A stretch of 63,083 bases of DNA, the filler included, from Stramenopiles sp. TOSAG23-3 (lineage: Eukaryota), in the NCBI GenBank assembly GCA_900128585.1. It is 18 parts of 18 records of this genome, joined end to end, with 100 filler letters (N's around TTAATTAATTAA, not from the genome) between each part and the next. Parts side by side here need not be neighbours in the genome. Positions count along the whole stretch, not along the records: positions 31,674 to 35,079 come from LT644241.1; positions 35,180 to 38,584 come from LT644242.1; positions 38,685 to 42,089 come from LT644243.1; positions 42,190 to 45,594 come from LT644244.1; 14 more parts are not named here. One strand, given 5' to 3'. This document shows positions 34,309-44,531 of the stretch, in pieces. Under the pieces are notes generated by a model, which was not told the origin of the DNA, ran no database searches, and saw only the letters and a list, made by a program, of their open reading frames with translations. Position 1 is the stretch's first letter, and every line of letters starts with the position of its first letter. A program made the translations under genes and the position numbers.

Positions 34309-34510
34309 AGATGAATCATTCCTTGTGTGGTTTTCCAAGCTGCGGCGTGAATGTTTTAAATGAGCTCGTTGTCTGTCTGGTAAACCGATCAAGGGATTGT
34401 CATTTGTAAGTTGAGGTGTCAAAGGGGGGTCGTTTGAGTCAGTGTTCTTAATCGGCGTTTGTGAGTGCTGTTCCAATGGTGAAGAGTCGGTAGGCAATGC
34501 GATGGTTGGG

Positions 34511-34828
34511 AGTCGTAGCTGAACCAGAAGACATAGTGATCGAGCCACTAGTCCCTGCATTTGAGGCCCCTGTGCTTATTTCGATGCTTCCACTAATGCC
34601 ACTTCCGCCAGCATTAGCGGTTTTTAAGGTGGCATCGCCACTGCTTGTAGAAGTTCCGGTACCAGACGTAATTTGTACAGCCCCCCCATTGGCATTTGCC
34701 GATGTTGATCCTCCGGACAGCGATACGTCGGCACCGCTCCCAAAACCACTATTTCCAGCTGACAAAACTATTGCCCCACTTCGACCACCAGCTGCACTTC
34801 CACTAGCAAGTTTAACCATGCCGCTGGG
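34511..34828 (-). pseudogene. Internal fragment of a Gly/Ser/Thr-rich repeat (beta-solenoid-like) protein
   Basis: SGSAAGGRSGAIVLSAGNS...GGAVQITSGTGTSTSSGDATLKTANAGGSGISGSIEISTG repeat pattern, with abrupt loss of the pattern at both ends. Confidence 0.6.
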
Positions 34829-34904
34829 CTGACGCAGGAAATTCTGGTGTCTCCGGTGCCATCGTAGTCAAGTCAGGTTCAAGTACTAATGGTGACAGTG
34901 CTAT

Positions 34905-35079
34905 TGTCAGCAAAAATCTCAGATACCATCATACAGCTGCCTCGAGATGCACACCATGCACATTCCGTATTCGCAGCGCATGAGGCACATGTAGAATGCT
35001 CTTGACATGTTGGTTTCATCGGGCAAAATTGATCTTCGAAAAACCATTGAGGACAGGGCAATCCGCTCGATGGCCCATC
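34905..35079 (-). pseudogene. Fragment encoding a PSI/plexin-like Cys-rich repeat
   Basis: CQEHSTCASCAANTECAWCASRGSC fits the PSI pattern C-x4-C-x2-C-x5-C-x-W-C-x5-C; open to the contig edge and stops soon after. Confidence 0.6.
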
Positions 35080-35481
35080 NNNNNNNNNNNNNNNNNNNNN
35101 NNNNNNNNNNNNNNNNNNNNNNNTTAATTAATTAANNNNNNNNNNNNNNNNNNNNNNNNNNNNNNNNNNNNNNNNNNNNGAGAGAATCACAGTACTGCTG
35201 TATTACGATTTTACATAGATACAGCGTTGAGACATTTTGACTTTTGTATAATAGGTAAAATTAGATACCTGGTACCCAGAGGCACGAGTAGTACAGATAG
35301 ATACCATCCTGCAAACCCCTTGCTAAAGGAATGTTTTTCTGATGGTACAAGTGTGAACCTAAGCAAGTTGGAAATACAATTGAACTTATAATTGACACGA
35401 AAGAAAGAGAGAAACGACCGAAAAACGAAAGTTTATATTTAGACACTTGCATCCTATCTACTATACAATTTCACTAACACC

Positions 35482-35943
35482 ATGAAGACTGCCTTGTTAG
35501 CGATTGTTGCCACTGCACTCTTGTCCGCCGAAGACGTGGCGGGGATCGACGTTCGGGACAGTGCAACTGTCACCTGCAACTATCCAAGTTTTACCAAGGT
35601 TGCTAGATTCCGTACCAAAAACCAAAGCCTCACAAAAGCTGACCTTGTGTTCAAAAAAGGTGGCTGGATACGTTCACATGTCTCTGGAGGAAGTGGCAGC
35701 TTCTCTATCACATTTAATTGCAACTGTTGCAGTCCACAAGGGTCATTATGTCGGATGAAGTGCGTAAATGGACAAGATTTCATGGTAAGTGCTCCCGGGG
35801 CAAAACTTTACATCGGTAATATGGGAAACCAAAAGAATCCGACGTATGGTGATATCTTGTTCTCGTCCCAGACATCATCGGTCAATGTTAACAGTGGGTA
35901 CAACCGCCGCAGGCTTCTTCAAGGTGGCAGAGGTCATACTTAG
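35482..35943 (+). CDS. Small secreted Cys-containing protein (153 aa) with C-terminal RRRLLQ motif
   Basis: Signal peptide MKTALLAIVATALLSA; six Cys; ends YNRRRLLQGGRGHT. Confidence 0.75.
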   Translation: MKTALLAIVATALLSAEDVAGIDVRDSATVTCNYPSFTKVARFRTKNQSLTKADLVFKKGGWIRSHVSGGSGSFSITFNCNCCSPQGSLCRMKCVNGQDFMVSAPGAKLYIGNMGNQKNPTYGDILFSSQTSSVNVNSGYNRRRLLQGGRGHT

Positions 35944-36066
35944 AAACAACATTCAAAAATTAGTACGTCCTAGTAAGAGTATACTCTTGTCTTATCATAA
36001 AAATAATTTTCTGGTTTTTCTCTTAAAAATTTATATGAGTGTATCATACGATATTTTCCAGTTTGT

Positions 36067-38181
36067 CTACTCATGTTCGCAGTCGCCCCCATCAAAGCGG
36101 CAATCTTGTGAGTTGCAGCCAGCATCGCAGTATACTCCATCATTCAAGAACGATTCGGATTGGCAATACTCACTGCACAACGGTGTACACGCGGAAACAG
36201 GCAAAGTCCCAGTGCAGCCAGGATTACCTGACAGGTACAGAGCAAACCCAACTGCGGATCGTCCCTGCGACTCAAAGTAAGTACTCATAGCCTTGGAGAC
36301 GTTTGAGACGCTGTTGTTCCTAGCATCCAAATAGCTCAACATATTAAATGACGGAAGAAAGTTTGGCAAGTACCGCAGTCCAAGCTGAGCAATACCCAGG
36401 CTATAGACGGAATTTGACAGTTTTTCAAAGCTATTTGGAAATCTACCATGGCGGAGGAGATTTGCGTTTATATCAATTATACCAATTTGGGGCAACTCAT
36501 CTGGCCCAAGAGTGTCGGGAAGCAGACCACTATTGTTAGTCAAATCCAATACGCACAAACTGGGCATAAATATTCTGCCCTCACCATTCGGCAATTGCAG
36601 GCCTTTGTTACTGTTCGCCTGAAGGGTCACCATAGTCTCGTGCTTCCACACACTCTCATGAACAGTTGTGATGTTGTTAAACTGCAGCGCTAGCCATACT
36701 AATAGACCCCATTTCTCCACATCAACATCAAACTTTTCCAACCGATTAAACGATACATCAAAGCGTGTGATTTCGCCCAACCTCTCCATATGCTTTGGCA
36801 ACTCCCTCAATGGACCACGCGTCAATTCTATTCTTCGTAGCGCTGTCAGCTCGACAAATGTCTCCGACAAAACCTCCATAGTATGACCTTCTAGTTCAAA
36901 AACAGCACAGTTACATTTGGGGACTAAAAGGTTCGAGCAGAACGGGGCCTTTATGCGGCACCCTGTAGAATAGAGATTCGTTGGAGCTTTCTCCGAGCCA
37001 CTCAGACTCCTATTCTGTTCACACGCAGGAGAGACAAAACACTCGCACTTGTTTTCCAACTGCGAAACGACCGCAAGCTGCACCGCTCCAATAACGACAA
37101 GGGTAACGACAAAGATAATACTGAGCGAAAATACGCCCAGCTTAGCCCATCGAGGAAAATATCGGTTTTGCATTGCTTCCACATGCTCTGCCCGGGATTC
37201 TCCGAATAAACTTTTCCGTCGGTGGTTTCGCTTAAAAGAAAGTTCTGCTTCGACGCGAGAAGCGATTTTGTCAATATTCTCCTCAATATTCTCCTGCAGC
37301 ATCTTTCGGAGTTTGCCCAACAACGAAATGGACGGCAATAGAACAATTAGCAAGATTTCTCTTATCGTAAACCCTACATTATACACCAGCGAAGAGACAG
37401 CGAAGGGGAAAACCAAAAATATCATATCGACAAGAATGTCAATAGTAATTTGCAAGTCTCTTTTTCCTTTCGAAACGTGCACCCCTCTCCACAAGTACCC
37501 CGCCATACTGTAGGCCCGGTATGAGGACTCCAGGACCAACACGAACATAAAGATAATGCACACAAAGTGTGGTAGTGAGCACAAGTATATGACTCTCATG
37601 TTATACACGGACACGTAGTTCTCCATGAATTCGAAGATGTGCAGCCGCCACAGGTAGAACGTCCCGTTCAAACCCATACTGCTCTTGTATTTAACGTAAA
37701 TCTTGACAACTGTATTTTTTGATTTAAAAGGATTGCGCATCATTCTTCGCTGGCCTTTTTTATACGTGCGGCGAACGAACTTTCGCCGGTAACAAGGCAG
37801 TGTTCCTCGAATAAATATAAGAGCAAATAGGGACGCGAACAGCAAGAACACCCAGGCATAGTCTCTGTCCGCATTTGCAAACGGTCGAAGGCCATTGTGG
37901 GTAACAAAGTAAAAGATTGTAAAATGCAACCCTGCCGCCACAAGCATTAGAAATAGATAAAAAGGGCCACAGCTACCAAATACTCTACAGCACGTTGCAC
38001 GTTTCATAAACTCAACGCTCGGGTCGAGTGGATCCTGGCTCCCTGCCCTTTCGTCATCACTACTATAACAACTACTATCGCTATCAACCCCAACGTCGTG
38101 AGCCGCCATAGGGTTCTGCCTCAACGTAGGAGACACATCAACTTCCAAACATTTCATCCTTTTCGCTTCGGTATCTTCCAT
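36067..38181 (-). CDS. Multi-pass membrane protein with C-terminal leucine-rich repeats and an LNR (Notch)-like module
   Basis: About 7 hydrophobic segments; LRRs (LRRIELTRGPLRELP, FDVSFNRL, LDLTNN, LSYLDARNNSV, LYLSGNP); terminal CSEYC...DGVYCDAGCNSQDCRFDGGDC. Confidence 0.85.
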   Translation of the reverse strand: MEDTEAKRMKCLEVDVSPTLRQNPMAAHDVGVDSDSSCYSSDDERAGSQDPLDPSVEFMKRATCCRVFGSCGPFYLFLMLVAAGLHFTIFYFVTHNGLRPFANADRDYAWVFLLFASLFALIFIRGTLPCYRRKFVRRTYKKGQRRMMRNPFKSKNTVVKIYVKYKSSMGLNGTFYLWRLHIFEFMENYVSVYNMRVIYLCSLPHFVCIIFMFVLVLESSYRAYSMAGYLWRGVHVSKGKRDLQITIDILVDMIFLVFPFAVSSLVYNVGFTIREILLIVLLPSISLLGKLRKMLQENIEENIDKIASRVEAELSFKRNHRRKSLFGESRAEHVEAMQNRYFPRWAKLGVFSLSIIFVVTLVVIGAVQLAVVSQLENKCECFVSPACEQNRSLSGSEKAPTNLYSTGCRIKAPFCSNLLVPKCNCAVFELEGHTMEVLSETFVELTALRRIELTRGPLRELPKHMERLGEITRFDVSFNRLEKFDVDVEKWGLLVWLALQFNNITTVHESVWKHETMVTLQANSNKGLQLPNGEGRIFMPSLCVLDLTNNSGLLPDTLGPDELPQIGIIDINANLLRHGRFPNSFEKLSNSVYSLGIAQLGLRYLPNFLPSFNMLSYLDARNNSVSNVSKAMSTYFESQGRSAVGFALYLSGNPGCTGTLPVSACTPLCSEYCQSESFLNDGVYCDAGCNSQDCRFDGGDCEHE

Positions 38182-38426
38182 CTTGATAGAGATAAACCGA
38201 AAGGCGGTTGGCACACTTGTTTAAATTGAGACGATCGGTTGATTGTAAACGAACCTGCCAGTATATAATCTTTTGTTTAATATTTTCACAAATACCGGGT
38301 AAATCATTAGTGTGTTCGAAATAATAATGGAAAGAAGAAAAAATAATATCTTTTTTTTTTATTATTATTAAATCCATCACCCTCACCACACCACACACAT
38401 CATCATCACTGTCGACGATATTGGGA

Positions 38427-38467
38427 GTACCGGTACCGGTACCTGGTACCTGTACCTGGTACCGGTA
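38427..38467. repeat. Tandem palindromic GTACC(G/TG) array
   Basis: GTACCGGTACCGGTACCTGGTACCTGTACCTGGTACCGGTA seen directly. Confidence 0.85.
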
Positions 38468-38830
38468 GTAGTAATAATAGTAGTAAGAAGTAAAAAAAAA
38501 ATATAAATAATAACATAATAACAAAAAATCTTCTTTTCTTTCTTTCCCTTTTTTTCTTCTCTTTCTGCACGTTTATAAATAATTNNNNNNNNNNNNNNNN
38601 NNNNNNNNNNNNNNNNNNNNNNNNNNNNTTAATTAATTAANNNNNNNNNNNNNNNNNNNNNNNNNNNNNNNNNNNNNNNNNNNNAATATTTAAGCTTATT
38701 AGGAAAAAATGCAAAAACGTTTTACGAGGAAGAAAAGAAAGAATTTTCAAGTAATGTGCTGTTCGTTATTTAAGAATTAATGGATTGTACCGCTTCGCTT
38801 AACCAATAAAAAAGCGAGAAATATAATCTC

Positions 38831-41509
38831 TCACTTCTTCCCTCGGCTTCTTAAATTCATTTCCATGGACGGCAAGGTTGCGGTTGATGCCCTCTTGGTG
38901 GAGCTTTGACTGCGGGCAGACCCACCAGAAGACATTTTACTGGGGGTCAGCTCGATATCCACCAATGGGTTTGGTTCAAAATACCGCTCTTCTCCACTTT
39001 TATTCAACTTTTCCTCGACTTTGAACCCCATGAAATCTTTTCGTGTCACAATACCCACCACAAAGTTGTATTTATTGACGATTACCAAGTGCCGCAGCCC
39101 CAGCGCCCGGAACAGGACAAAGGATCGATGCAAGCTCATTTCTTGGGGAACGCTGGGAGCGCTGTAGTTACAGTACGGTCGCAAATCAAACAAAGTGTGT
39201 GCACAAACACTGTTTCTCATCTCCAGCAAAAATGCCGTCAGCACAGTGCCGTCTTTGTAAATCGGGTTGTTTTCGTGCAACTTTTCCAGCACGTTGTAAT
39301 GGATGTACTTGTCGTTGGACGCGTTTGTCTGTATGTCAATCAGGGTCCCGCGCTTCGTGACCTTCGCCGTCTCCACGGAAGCAAACCCGGTGTCTTGGAG
39401 GTGCTCCAGGATGGATATTAGGTGAAGCCGGGTGACGGTTCCGCGGTACAGCGCCCCCCCATCACTATTATCTACTATGGGGTAGGCCCCATGCGAGTTT
39501 GACATTAGGATGTCCACAATTTCATTGATTTCGGGGGTTACCGATAAGAACGCCACAGGGGATACCATTATTTCACAGATCTTGTACAGGTCCAGACTCT
39601 TCCCGTACGTCGGGGCCGTATCCACGAAAGGGATTGCCTTGACCTCGATCAAACTGTGGTACAAGCTGTGCGTAAAATAGTCGGCGACGAACTTCGATGT
39701 AATGGTAGAGACCATGATCGGAAGGAGATACGCACCGTCATTTGTAATTTCCATCATTATTACCGTCAGCGACACCGTCAGTCGAGACACGCCGCCAAAA
39801 AACGCGGCAGCTCCAATCAGTGCAAATGCCCCCGGGTCGATAAGATTCTCGGGGAGAACTGCGCTGTTGACGAAAACGTCCCAGAACCCTTGCCCGAAGA
39901 TTCTTCCAATGCATGCACCGGTCATTAATATTGGGACGACGATCCCACTGCTGATGGCCGTTCCTGCAGTGTACATGGACAGGGGAAAGTAAATAGCGAG
40001 GAGCGTAAGCAGGGATGCATAGCGAAATTCATTCGGCGTTTCTCTGGAGAACAAGTGCTCCACGGCTTCTTCCCCTGGCAGCAGTAGTAGTGTGGCGACC
40101 TCGTTGTACACTCTGGTCTGTTTCTTCATTTCCTCCAGCTTTTCTGCAGAGACGGTGCCGTTAACCGTAACGGTTGGTTCTGTGCACCCAAAGTTGGGAA
40201 GTCGCGCCTTAATGTAATTTGGCGTCCGACCAGTAGTCAAGCAATTCTGGCTCTGTTCCGAGCAGGTTTGGGTGCACGGAAACAAATTTGGAACAAGGAC
40301 CCCCACGGTGGCCATGACGATTGCCAGCACTATCACTTCCAGCACCCTGGCCCATTTTTTGGGGCGAATGTATTTGTTTCGACAGCGGGAAAACTTTAGA
40401 TTAAAAAACGTAAACACAACTGCGAATAAACCGCAAACCAGCCCGATAACAAAGGCCGCGGGGACCATGAACAAGTTTACTGGCATTTTCTTTTCAACTT
40501 CAAATAGGATACCCTCGTGAGCGCTAAATAACCCAAAGGCACTACGGGACTGAAACCCTTTAAACGCCGTGGTTAGAAGATTCGCAGTAAACGTCGAGCA
40601 CATGGAGCAGAAGAAGATTTGCCACGTCAATGCCGTGTTCCAGTACGACGCCACTTCCTCCATTGCGAAAAGGGTCCCCCCAACCGGAGCACCAAAAGCC
40701 GCGGCAATCCCGGCCGCAGCGCCTGCCGAGAGAAAATTTCGCCGCTGCTCTGCCGTTTGAAACTGGGAGCAGCACGTCCTCGACATTTTCTTCGTGTCCA
40801 CAGAACCCTGCAGCCTTCCTTGAGAAATCCCCTTCCCGATTAATGCCCCCAAGTGAACCATGGGCCCCTCAGGGCCCACCGGTAGCCCTGAAGCCACGGA
40901 AAAAACGACAGAAATAAATTTTGCAACCCCAGTCTTGAAACTAAATATGTAGCGTATGCGCGTTCCGTTCAAGTACGCAATGACCTCGGGTAAACCCGAT
41001 CCCGCGGCCATTGGCTCCCAAAAGACAACGACTAAAGTAGACACAAGCGCAAATGCGACTGCAATCCCTACTGCTACCAACCACGCTGTTAAAGGAAAGG
41101 CGCCCGGCTCCACTTCTTCAAGCTCATGCTCAATGAGATCCATGCGTACACGAGACAACACAAACACAAGATTTTTTACCAAAAAACCCAACACCCCGAC
41201 GGACGCGCCCACTAAACCATACATGGACCACGCGCAACACGAGTTGGGCTTCCCTTCAGTGCGTAGCCAAGTACGGTAAACGAACGAATTTTGGGGGAGG
41301 TAATCAATGCTTTGCACCTTGTGCATATGCTCAATTTCAGCATCCGTGTAAATGTGGTTGATGTGTCGACTTTCGTGTTCCCTTCCCCTTTCAAAGAAGC
41401 CGAATACCCTTTTCTTCCCGTTCACCTTTGTACTATCACCATTGCTCAGCCGGTAAGAGTTCTGCGGAGCCAACGGTTTCTTCGGCGTTTCTACGTGCAG
41501 CTTTGACAT
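38831..41509 (-). CDS. CLC family anion/H+ exchanger (CLC-6/7/CLC-D-like) with two CBS domains
   Basis: GSGLPE; GPEGPMVH (gating Glu); FGAPVGGTLFAMEE; SGIVVP; LYH; C-terminal CBS pair (LFRALGLRHLVIV...GIVTRKDF). Confidence 0.95.
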   Translation of the reverse strand: MSKLHVETPKKPLAPQNSYRLSNGDSTKVNGKKRVFGFFERGREHESRHINHIYTDAEIEHMHKVQSIDYLPQNSFVYRTWLRTEGKPNSCCAWSMYGLVGASVGVLGFLVKNLVFVLSRVRMDLIEHELEEVEPGAFPLTAWLVAVGIAVAFALVSTLVVVFWEPMAAGSGLPEVIAYLNGTRIRYIFSFKTGVAKFISVVFSVASGLPVGPEGPMVHLGALIGKGISQGRLQGSVDTKKMSRTCCSQFQTAEQRRNFLSAGAAAGIAAAFGAPVGGTLFAMEEVASYWNTALTWQIFFCSMCSTFTANLLTTAFKGFQSRSAFGLFSAHEGILFEVEKKMPVNLFMVPAAFVIGLVCGLFAVVFTFFNLKFSRCRNKYIRPKKWARVLEVIVLAIVMATVGVLVPNLFPCTQTCSEQSQNCLTTGRTPNYIKARLPNFGCTEPTVTVNGTVSAEKLEEMKKQTRVYNEVATLLLLPGEEAVEHLFSRETPNEFRYASLLTLLAIYFPLSMYTAGTAISSGIVVPILMTGACIGRIFGQGFWDVFVNSAVLPENLIDPGAFALIGAAAFFGGVSRLTVSLTVIMMEITNDGAYLLPIMVSTITSKFVADYFTHSLYHSLIEVKAIPFVDTAPTYGKSLDLYKICEIMVSPVAFLSVTPEINEIVDILMSNSHGAYPIVDNSDGGALYRGTVTRLHLISILEHLQDTGFASVETAKVTKRGTLIDIQTNASNDKYIHYNVLEKLHENNPIYKDGTVLTAFLLEMRNSVCAHTLFDLRPYCNYSAPSVPQEMSLHRSFVLFRALGLRHLVIVNKYNFVVGIVTRKDFMGFKVEEKLNKSGEERYFEPNPLVDIELTPSKMSSGGSARSQSSTKRASTATLPSMEMNLRSRGKK

Positions 41510-42190
41510 TTTCTAATCGTTCGTGCGGTGAAGAATCCTACTAAATATGAGATGACTGCATACAAAGGACAAAAGAAAACGCAAACCTTTATAGTCGTTT
41601 GCTAATTCTTTCATTTTAATTGATTGATACAGAAAACGACACACAGGTCTTTTTTTTCTTCTTATTTTAAAATATTACTCCCCGTTCCCGCGGCGCGCGC
41701 CTTCCTCCTCCTCCTTCTTCTTCTTCTTTTCTTCGTCTTCTTCTTTTATTAAATTCTTCTTCTTTTCATTCTTCTATCTTCTTCTTTTAATTCTTCTATC
41801 TTCTTCTTTCTTCTTCTTTCTTCTTTCTTCTTCTTCTTTCTTCTTTTATTAATTCTTCTTTTTTGTTTTGGTAGTGGTTTCTTCTTTATTCCGATGCTGT
41901 GCAATGTTTAATTATCAAAAAAAAAAGCCAACCGTGTCTGCTGAATTTCTTCCAGCCTGTGTTGGTATAATATAGCACTTTTGTTAAATGTTGGATCTTT
42001 TAATTAGTTTATGATCATTTGTACTTATGCATATTAGGGAATATTGATCTACCTATTATGGACAGAAATAACATCGCGTAACGAACGACNNNNNNNNNNN
42101 NNNNNNNNNNNNNNNNNNNNNNNNNNNNNNNNNTTAATTAATTAANNNNNNNNNNNNNNNNNNNNNNNNNNNNNNNNNNNNNNNNNNNNG

Positions 42191-42376
42191 TCTGGTAATA
42201 AGATTGGTAATGTTGGTTGTCAATGTCTTCTTGAGTTAATTGAGAATGATTCGTTACAATCATTGGCTGTTCTTGATTTGAATTGGAACCCCAATATCTC
42301 ATCTGAAGAATTAAAAACCAAATTCAAAAGAATTTGGAGGGAAAAAGGAAAGTATGGGGATGGATTATACATTTAA
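42191..42376 (+). CDS. C-terminal fragment of an RI-like leucine-rich repeat protein (not in the ORF track)
   Basis: Hand translation from the contig edge: SGNKIGNVGCQCLLELIENDSLQSLAVLDLNWNPNISSEELKTKFKRIWREKGKYGDGLYI*. Confidence 0.7.
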   Translation, partial: SGNKIGNVGCQCLLELIENDSLQSLAVLDLNWNPNISSEELKTKFKRIWREKGKYGDGLYI

Positions 42377-42561
42377 TTAACTTTTTTTTAATTCTTTTAA
42401 GTAAATCTAAATTCTTATTATTCTAATTCTATTAATTCCTATTTAACCATTTATTCCAATTCTACACTTATATCAAAACCATATTCATATTTCCTATTAT
42501 TATTATAATATTTGTTAAGTATACAATTCGAATTTGAAGAAAAGGAAAACAGGAAAACCCA

Positions 42562-42595
42562 AAATCACAAATCACAAATCACAAATCACAAATCA
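42562..42595. repeat. (AAATCAC)n heptamer repeat, ~5 copies
   Basis: Seen directly. Confidence 0.85.
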
Positions 42596-42807
42596 ATCCA
42601 TACAATACACCGAGAAGAAAAGGAGAATGTAAACAACAAAAACAACAACAACAGAAAGAAACAACAAAAAGAAACAACAGAAACAATTACCAGATCCGTC
42701 AGTATTGACCGTGGAACGGCAAGGGACTCTTACAATACCCTGCCCAGCTTTGCCCGAGTGTCCTCCCCCTGGTCTCCCGAATTCAATTCAANNNNNNNNN
42801 NNNNNNG

Positions 42808-44316
42808 ATGGGGCGACGGTACCACCACCTTCCCCGTCATTCGAACCGGATCGAACACTCCAAGGGTTTCACGGACGAGTACCGTTCCGTGGCGTTGTTG
42901 GTGAGCAAGAATTTTGCGCTCTTGGTGGCGTGCTTGTACTTTGGGGTCCTGCTGCTTCTGCTCAGCTGCGAGGTGACGGTGTCGCGGCGAAGGCGGGTGC
43001 CGACGAACTTGTCCGACGAGGAGGACGACGTTGACCCTAGCGTGACCACGTTTCGGCAGCGTCGTCGGTCCCGGAACCGTGCGATGTTTCGCGTGAAGAC
43101 GGCCATGTGCCCCGCGCTGAAAAAGTACCACGGGATGATGTCCATGTTTGCGTTTTTTACTATTTTTCTCTTCTTGGCCTGCCAAGCGTTCGTCGAAGTG
43201 GACGCGTGCTGGGCGGACTCGATAGCGGTGTACAACGGGGTGCACCCGGACCAGGTCAAGGAGCGGGCGACGATGGACTTTTTGCACAAAGCGATGGGGG
43301 TGTTCTGCACGATCATCATGGTCCAGCTGTCGCTGTGGGACACGACGCCTTCGGCCGTCGCGGCGGGCTCCGACGACGAGCTCGAGGGGGAGATGCTCGG
43401 CGTGGGGCCGGGCGGCGGGGGGACGACGTCCCGGGCCGAGCGCCGGGCGCGACGGCGGCGGCAGCGAACCCGGCGGCTCGCCCAGTCGATCCGTTCGAAG
43501 CTTCGGTGGCACTTTCCGAACCTTTTGAGCTGCTGCTACTTTTACCTCGCGACCCGGATCGTCCACGTCTTTGTAAAGGTGTCCGAGGTCCTGATGAAGG
43601 ACACGAACTGCTCCCAGTACAGCGAAAGCGGGCCGAACGGGATCAGCCTGGACTATGCGATGGGGACCTTTGCCCTGCTCTCCTTCCTTCGGTTCATCGT
43701 GAAAGTGAGGAGAGGGAACGTGTACGACAGCGCGACGTACAGCTTGGCAGGGTTCCTGTGGCGCGTGTTTGGCGGCTGCAACTTTAAGACGGGGCAGGAG
43801 AAGGTCGTCGTGGCGGCGTACGTTGGCCTGGTCGTCGTGAACGGGTTCACGGCCGTCCGGGTGCTGGCGACGGGGATCAACAACCTTCGGCAAGTGTTCT
43901 ACGGGGTCCTGGTGGGGTTGATGTTTCACCTCCCTTACATTCGGGCGCTGGACGTCATTGTCCCCGAAGGGGTCCAGACCAACCTTCCGTACATGCAGAC
44001 GCCGTCGGAGCGAAGGGAAGGCCACGTCTACGGGAGGCGCCGGTTCCAGGTGATCACCCTCCTCGGCACCCTCCTGTCCGCGTACGGGTTCGTGGGCCTG
44101 CTCGGCCTGATGCGGCTCCGCAGTCACGTCCGCAATGCGGTGCTCTTTTCCGGGTGGTTTTACGTGGATTTGGCCGCGTGGGGGGCGATCATGTACGTCT
44201 TTCTGTTGAAAATCGGTGCCCCGCGGCAAGGGTTTGTCGGGTACAGCGAGGTCATTGCTAGCCAAGGGGCCTGGAACTTTCGAAGGGATGAAATCCGGGA
44301 AGGCGTGTTTCTGTGA
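42808..44316 (+). CDS. Hypothetical multi-pass membrane protein; 5' end uncertain because of the scaffold gap at 42792-42806
   Basis: 502-aa ORF with high GC3 and about 9-10 hydrophobic segments; no family recognised. Confidence 0.75.
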   Translation: MGRRYHHLPRHSNRIEHSKGFTDEYRSVALLVSKNFALLVACLYFGVLLLLLSCEVTVSRRRRVPTNLSDEEDDVDPSVTTFRQRRRSRNRAMFRVKTAMCPALKKYHGMMSMFAFFTIFLFLACQAFVEVDACWADSIAVYNGVHPDQVKERATMDFLHKAMGVFCTIIMVQLSLWDTTPSAVAAGSDDELEGEMLGVGPGGGGTTSRAERRARRRRQRTRRLAQSIRSKLRWHFPNLLSCCYFYLATRIVHVFVKVSEVLMKDTNCSQYSESGPNGISLDYAMGTFALLSFLRFIVKVRRGNVYDSATYSLAGFLWRVFGGCNFKTGQEKVVVAAYVGLVVVNGFTAVRVLATGINNLRQVFYGVLVGLMFHLPYIRALDVIVPEGVQTNLPYMQTPSERREGHVYGRRRFQVITLLGTLLSAYGFVGLLGLMRLRSHVRNAVLFSGWFYVDLAAWGAIMYVFLLKIGAPRQGFVGYSEVIASQGAWNFRRDEIREGVFL

Positions 44317-44531
44317 GTGGGGTGGTAGCTTCCAAGGTTGCAGAGAAAATAAATTTTTTACATTTTTTAGAAACACAATATTATTAAAAATAGAGAGTAC
44401 ACTGAGAGAAATGTGGGTGGGGTGAAAAACATGTGATTTTAAAGGATTGTGGTGCCTGTACATAGTGCGGTGCTGCTGCCGTTCCCAGAAGAACCTTTCC
44501 CAACAATGTTGGATTCGGTGAGCCTTACCCC

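Larger units (their letters stand above)
33842..34374. repeat. R1 fold-back: two diverged ORF-bearing arms, tail to tail
   Basis: Forward arm 33842-~34108 and reverse arm ~34108-34374, with the hairpin centre around AAAAAATTGGCT. Confidence 0.88.

Noticed and set aside
40855-40885. CLC motif GPEGP instead of GKEGP as a novel selectivity change
   Set aside because: The gating Glu, the Ser of GSGxPE and the proton Glu are intact; the substitution alone does not support a new function.
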